64,000 nt of DNA from Occultella glacieicola. Lineage in GTDB: Bacteria > Actinomycetota > Actinomycetes > Actinomycetales > Beutenbergiaceae. The translations under genes and the position numbers were made by a program. A model generated the notes under the pieces. That model made no database searches and was not told the origin of the DNA. It saw nothing but the letters and a program-made list of their open reading frames with translations. This document shows positions 60,039-64,000 of the stretch, one piece after another; position 1 is the stretch's first letter, and each line of letters starts with the position of its first letter. The DNA is taken from contig NZ_SMNA01000009.1 in assembly GCF_004353825.1 (NCBI RefSeq), positions 62,001 through 126,000 of the forward strand. The letters run 5' to 3'.

Positions 60039-60691
60039 CGCCCGCGAGCCGGCGCCGTCGGTTGGGCCGGGGTCCGGCGGTCCTGATCCTGCTCGTCGCG
60101 GGGGCGGCGCTCCTGGTCACCACCCTCGGCACCTGGGTCACCGCACCGGTCGCGGCGACCCTCGGGACCGAGACCGTCAGCGTGGCCGGCACCGCCGCGG
60201 TCCCGCCGGCAGGCTCGGTCGCGCTCGTGGTCCTGGCCGCTGCGCTCGCCCTCGGCCTGTCCGGGCCGGTGGTGCGGATGATCGCGGCCGTGCTGGTGGC
60301 CCTTGCCGGGGCGGTGGCCCTGGTGTCCGTGCTGGCGTTCCTGCGGGACCCGGCCACGCCGGCACAGGCGGCCGCGGGCGAACTGGTCGGCGTCCGTGAG
60401 ATCAGCGGGGAGCCGAGCGTCACCGTCCTGCCCTACCTGGCTGCGTGCGTCGCCGCCGGGATCCTCCTGATCGGCATCGCGCTGCCGTTCCTGGTCGGGC
60501 GGTGGGGCCGGGTCGGACGACGCTACGAGCGCGACGGCTCGGGTGGGGCCGGTCCGGCTGCCGCGCCGACCACCCCGGAACGGGCCGGGACGGACGTCGA
60601 CCGGCCCACCGGATCGGCGCGCACCGCCCGGATGGACGACTGGGACGCGCTGAGCCGGGGCGAGGACCCGAGCGAGGGGCCGGACCGGTAG
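60035..60691 (+). CDS. Trp biosynthesis-associated membrane protein
   Basis: About four TM segments, C-terminal DDWDALSRGEDPS, position after trpE. Confidence 0.88.
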   Translation: MTPASRRRRLGRGPAVLILLVAGAALLVTTLGTWVTAPVAATLGTETVSVAGTAAVPPAGSVALVVLAAALALGLSGPVVRMIAAVLVALAGAVALVSVLAFLRDPATPAQAAAGELVGVREISGEPSVTVLPYLAACVAAGILLIGIALPFLVGRWGRVGRRYERDGSGGAGPAAAPTTPERAGTDVDRPTGSARTARMDDWDALSRGEDPSEGPDR

Positions 60692-60734
60692 TCTGGTCGC
60701 GCCGAGCACGACCATCGCGAAGGGCCAGAGCACC

Positions 60735-61037
60735 ATGACGAATGAAGCCATCACCGAATCCACGCGGCACTCTGCGGATTCGGTGGCCGGCGGGCACTAC
60801 GCCGCCGAGAACCTGCCGGCCGCCCCGCCGTCCAACCACGGCCGCACCGTCGCCGGCTGGACCCTGTTCTGGGCCGGGGTGGTCGGTTCCCTCGTGGTCG
60901 GCGTCGCCTTCATCCTGCAGAACGTGACGCTCGGCGTGATCGGCGGCGTCGTCATCGTCGCCGGGTGCGTGGCCAGCGCGATCCTGCGCGCCGTGGGCTA
61001 CGGCCAGATCGAGCGGAACTCCGGGCGGAACGCGTAG
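60735..61037 (+). CDS. HGxxPAAW-family small membrane protein
   Basis: NHGRTVAGW followed by two TM segments and GYG. Confidence 0.8.
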   Translation: MTNEAITESTRHSADSVAGGHYAAENLPAAPPSNHGRTVAGWTLFWAGVVGSLVVGVAFILQNVTLGVIGGVVIVAGCVASAILRAVGYGQIERNSGRNA

Positions 61038-61044
61038 CGGCGCG

Positions 61045-61581
61045 ATGTCCTACCCGCCCGTGCCGCCGTCCAGCGGCGGTGTGAACCCCTACGACCCGCA
61101 GGAGCCGTACGAGAGCTCCGGTTCCGGACGGAACCAGGGCCCCACGGACGCGGACCGGTCGTTCGTCGAAGGGCCGCAGCCCTGGGACACGCCGGCACCC
61201 GGCGCCTACGGTCAGCACCAGTACGGCCAGAACCAGTACGGACAACCCCAGTACGGCCAGGCCCAGTACGGACAACAGGGCTCGCCCTACACCGCCGGGC
61301 CGCACGGGTACTACGGACTGTCCGCGTCGAGCCGGAACGGCACCGCCACCACCGGCCTGGTCCTGGGGATCGTCGGTTTCTTCCTCGCGTGCATCCCGCT
61401 CGTCGGGCTCGGCCTGGGCATCGCCGCGATCGTCAACGGCACGAAGGGGCGCGCACTGGCCGCGGCCGGCCAGGCGACGAACGGCGGCTCGGCCACGGCC
61501 GCCATCGTGCTCGGGGTGATCGCCGTCGTCGGCGGCATCTTCTGGATCCTCCTCTCGCTCTCCCAGGGCTACTACGGGTGA
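61045..61581 (+). CDS. DUF4190-like membrane protein with Pro/Gln/Tyr-rich N-terminus
   Basis: QYGQx repeats, then NGTATTGLVLGIVG...ATAAIVLGVI. Confidence 0.75.
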   Translation: MSYPPVPPSSGGVNPYDPQEPYESSGSGRNQGPTDADRSFVEGPQPWDTPAPGAYGQHQYGQNQYGQPQYGQAQYGQQGSPYTAGPHGYYGLSASSRNGTATTGLVLGIVGFFLACIPLVGLGLGIAAIVNGTKGRALAAAGQATNGGSATAAIVLGVIAVVGGIFWILLSLSQGYYG

Positions 61582-61991
61582 GCGTGGAGGCCACGGCGCC
61601 CACCCGGGACCGGCGACCGCCGGTGCTGATCGGCGCGGGCGTGGCCGCCGCCACGGTGCTGCTCGCCCTGGTGGACCCGCACGACGGCGGTTACGGGTTC
61701 TGCCCGATGCTGCGGCTGACCGGGTGGTTCTGCCCGTTCTGCGGGGGCCTGCGGACCACACACGCACTGGCCACCGGCGACCTCGCCGGGGCCTGGGCCG
61801 CGAACCCGGTGCTCGCGATCGTGTTGCCGCTCGCCGCCCTGGGCTGGCTCTGGTGGCTCGTCCGGGTCTGGCGCTCGGCCCCGGCCCGTCCGCTACCGGG
61901 GTGGGTGGCTCCCGTGGTGGGCGCCGGCCTGCTGGGCTTCACGCTGCTGCGCAACCTGCCGGCGTTCGCGCCCTATCTCTCCCCGCTCTGA
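61578..61991 (+). CDS. DUF2752 family membrane protein
   Basis: CPMLRLTGWFCPFCGGLR...NP...LRN; GTGA overlap with the previous gene. Confidence 0.88.
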   Translation: MSVEATAPTRDRRPPVLIGAGVAAATVLLALVDPHDGGYGFCPMLRLTGWFCPFCGGLRTTHALATGDLAGAWAANPVLAIVLPLAALGWLWWLVRVWRSAPARPLPGWVAPVVGAGLLGFTLLRNLPAFAPYLSPL

Positions 61992-62072
61992 AGCCCCACC
62001 CCGGCCACGTGAGACGCGTCCAGGGCCCGTCAGGTTTCGGCATACGATGGTGGCCGACCAAGGGAGAGGCGG

Positions 62073-62891
62073 ATGGTGACCGTTCTTGAGGAGATCGTGG
62101 CCGGGGTCCGGGAGGACCTCGCGGTGCGCGAGGCCGCGACACCGCTCGAGCAGGTGAAGGAACGCGCAGCGGCTCGCCCCTCGGCCAAGAACGCCCTGGA
62201 CGCGCTCGCGACGGACGATGCGGTCACGGTGATCGCCGAGGTGAAACGGTCCAGCCCGTCCAAGGGTGCCCTTGCGGATATCGCCGATCCGGCCGGTCTG
62301 GCCGCCGACTACGAGTCCGGCGGGGCCTCCGCGATCAGTGTGCTCACCGAGGGCCGCCGGTTCGGTGGCTCACTGGCCGACCTCGACGGCGTCCGAGCCG
62401 CGGTGGACGTGCCCGTGCTGCGCAAGGACTTCATCGTCACGCCCTACCAGGTCTGGGAGGCCAGGGCCCACGGCGCGGACATCGTGCTACTGATCGTCGC
62501 GGCCCTCGAGCAGACCGTGCTCACCTCCCTGACCGAACGGGTGCACTCGCTCGGCATGACCGCCCTCGTCGAGGCCCACACCGCCGAGGAGGTGGACCGG
62601 GCGGTGGATGCCGGCGCTCGTCTGCTCGGGGTGAACACCAGGAACCTGCACAACCTCGAGGTGCGTCGGGAGGTGTTCGCCGAACTGGCCCCGCGGATCC
62701 CGGACGGGATCGTCAGGGTGGCCGAGTCGGGGGTCCGGGGACCGCACGACCTCATGGACTACGCCCGCTGGGGCGCCGACGCGGTGCTCGTCGGGGAGGC
62801 CCTGGTGACCCAGGGCGACCCACGTGCGGCCGTCAAGGACATGGTCGCCGCCGGGACCCATCCGTCGCTTCGGGCGGTGCGTAGCCGGTGA
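62073..62891 (+). CDS. trpC: Indole-3-glycerol phosphate synthase
   Basis: [22 protein letters not shown] and AESG. Confidence 0.97.
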   Translation: MVTVLEEIVAGVREDLAVREAATPLEQVKERAAARPSAKNALDALATDDAVTVIAEVKRSSPSKGALADIADPAGLAADYESGGASAISVLTEGRRFGGSLADLDGVRAAVDVPVLRKDFIVTPYQVWEARAHGADIVLLIVAALEQTVLTSLTERVHSLGMTALVEAHTAEEVDRAVDAGARLLGVNTRNLHNLEVRREVFAELAPRIPDGIVRVAESGVRGPHDLMDYARWGADAVLVGEALVTQGDPRAAVKDMVAAGTHPSLRAVRSR

Positions 62892-64000
62892 GCGAGCAGA
62901 CGCCCAGGTCCGCCGCCGAGACCGCGCTGCGGGACGCCGTCGGCCCGTACTTCGGGGACTTCGGCGGCCGGTTCGTTCCCGAGGCCCTGATCGCCGCGCT
63001 CGACGACCTCTCGACGGCGTGGGACAAACTCTCCGTGGACCCGAGGTTCGTCGAGCGGCTGGCCGCGCTGCACCGCGACTACACCGGTCGGCCGAGCCCG
63101 ATCACCGAGGTTCCGCGGTTCGCCGAGCACGCCGGCGGGGTCCGGGTGTTCCTCAAGCGGGAGGACCTGAACCACACCGGCTCACACAAGATCAACAACG
63201 TCCTCGGGCAGGCCCTGCTCACCGAGCAGGTCGGCAAGACACGCGTGATCGCCGAGACCGGCGCGGGCCAGCACGGCGTGGCCACCGCGACCGCCGCCGC
63301 ACTGTTCGGCCTCGAGTGCACGATCTACATGGGCGAGGAGGACACCCGCCGGCAGGCGCTCAACGTCGCCCGGATGCGGCTGCTCGGCGCCGAGGTGGTC
63401 TCGGTGACCACCGGCTCGCGGACCCTCAAGGACGCGATCAACGAGGCGTTCCGGGACTGGGTCGCGAACGTCGAGACGACCAACTACGTGTTCGGAACCG
63501 CCGCCGGACCGCACCCGTTCCCGGCCCTGGTCCGGGACCTGCAGAAGATCATCGGCGAGGAGGCCCGCGAGCAGCTCACCACGCGGATCGGGCGGCTCCC
63601 GGACGCCGTCGTCGCCTGCGTGGGCGGCGGATCGAACGCGATCGGCATCTTCAACGCGTTCCTGGACGATCCGGACGTGCGGCTGGTCGGCTGTGAGGCG
63701 GCCGGCGACGGTGTCGAGACCGGACGCCACGCGGCCACCATCAGCGCCGGCACCCCCGGGGTGCTGCACGGCGCGAAGACCTATCTGCTCCAGGACGAGG
63801 ACGGGCAGACCATCGAGTCCCACTCGATCTCGGCCGGCCTGGACTACCCGGGCGTCGGGCCCGAGCACTCCTGGCTCGCGAGCATCGGCCGGGCCGAGTA
63901 CCGGCCGGTCACGGACGCGGAGGCGATGGAGGCGTTCCGGCTGCTGACCCGTACGGAGGGCATCATGCCCGCCATCGAGAGTGCGCACGCCCTCGCCGGG
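62888..64000 (+). CDS. trpB: Tryptophan synthase beta chain (3' end outside window)
   Basis: [23 protein letters not shown] (PLP Lys), CVGGGSNA and [11 protein letters not shown]. Confidence 0.97.
   Translation, partial: MSEQTPRSAAETALRDAVGPYFGDFGGRFVPEALIAALDDLSTAWDKLSVDPRFVERLAALHRDYTGRPSPITEVPRFAEHAGGVRVFLKREDLNHTGSHKINNVLGQALLTEQVGKTRVIAETGAGQHGVATATAAALFGLECTIYMGEEDTRRQALNVARMRLLGAEVVSVTTGSRTLKDAINEAFRDWVANVETTNYVFGTAAGPHPFPALVRDLQKIIGEEAREQLTTRIGRLPDAVVACVGGGSNAIGIFNAFLDDPDVRLVGCEAAGDGVETGRHAATISAGTPGVLHGAKTYLLQDEDGQTIESHSISAGLDYPGVGPEHSWLASIGRAEYRPVTDAEAMEAFRLLTRTEGIMPAIESAHALAG

Overview
High-GC actinobacterial chromosome segment, most likely Micrococcales (inferred from gene order and sequence style). 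It is mostly core genome with no integrase, transposase, cas gene or rRNA. From left to right it carries: the 3' end of metH; an EXLDI regulator with an ABC-2 exporter; a split mutasome (imuA'-imuB ... dnaE2) interrupted by about 10 kb holding two F420-type oxidoreductases, a second clpP pair with a PopR/ClgR-type regulator, and a sugar-uptake islet; assorted accessory genes (APH-like kinase, pentapeptide protein, MFS, trmL, orphan ABC/AAA ATPase); sigK-rskA; tRNA-Leu(GAG); a secreted S8 protease; dcp and an M20 peptidase; uppP-mshC-PAC2; the Pup-proteasome locus (trmI-arc-dop-pup-prcB-prcA-pafA-FKBP) with no pafBC/tat after it; and hisF/hisI-trpE-trpC-trpB. The most interesting signals are non-coding. 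(i) Exact PafBC/RecA-NDp promoter motifs (TGTCGG-N10-TA-N3-T) precede imuA', 1 bp from a LexA box, and an uncharacterised solo ATPase. (ii) A candidate ~130-nt sRNA with C-rich loops (6C-like) lies between the S8 and dcp genes. (iii) There are recognisable PopR, SigK, SigH/SigR and CRP sites. (iv) Many genes look leaderless, and some -10 boxes are built on the upstream TAG stop codon. All calls come from reading the sequence only; no database searches were run.
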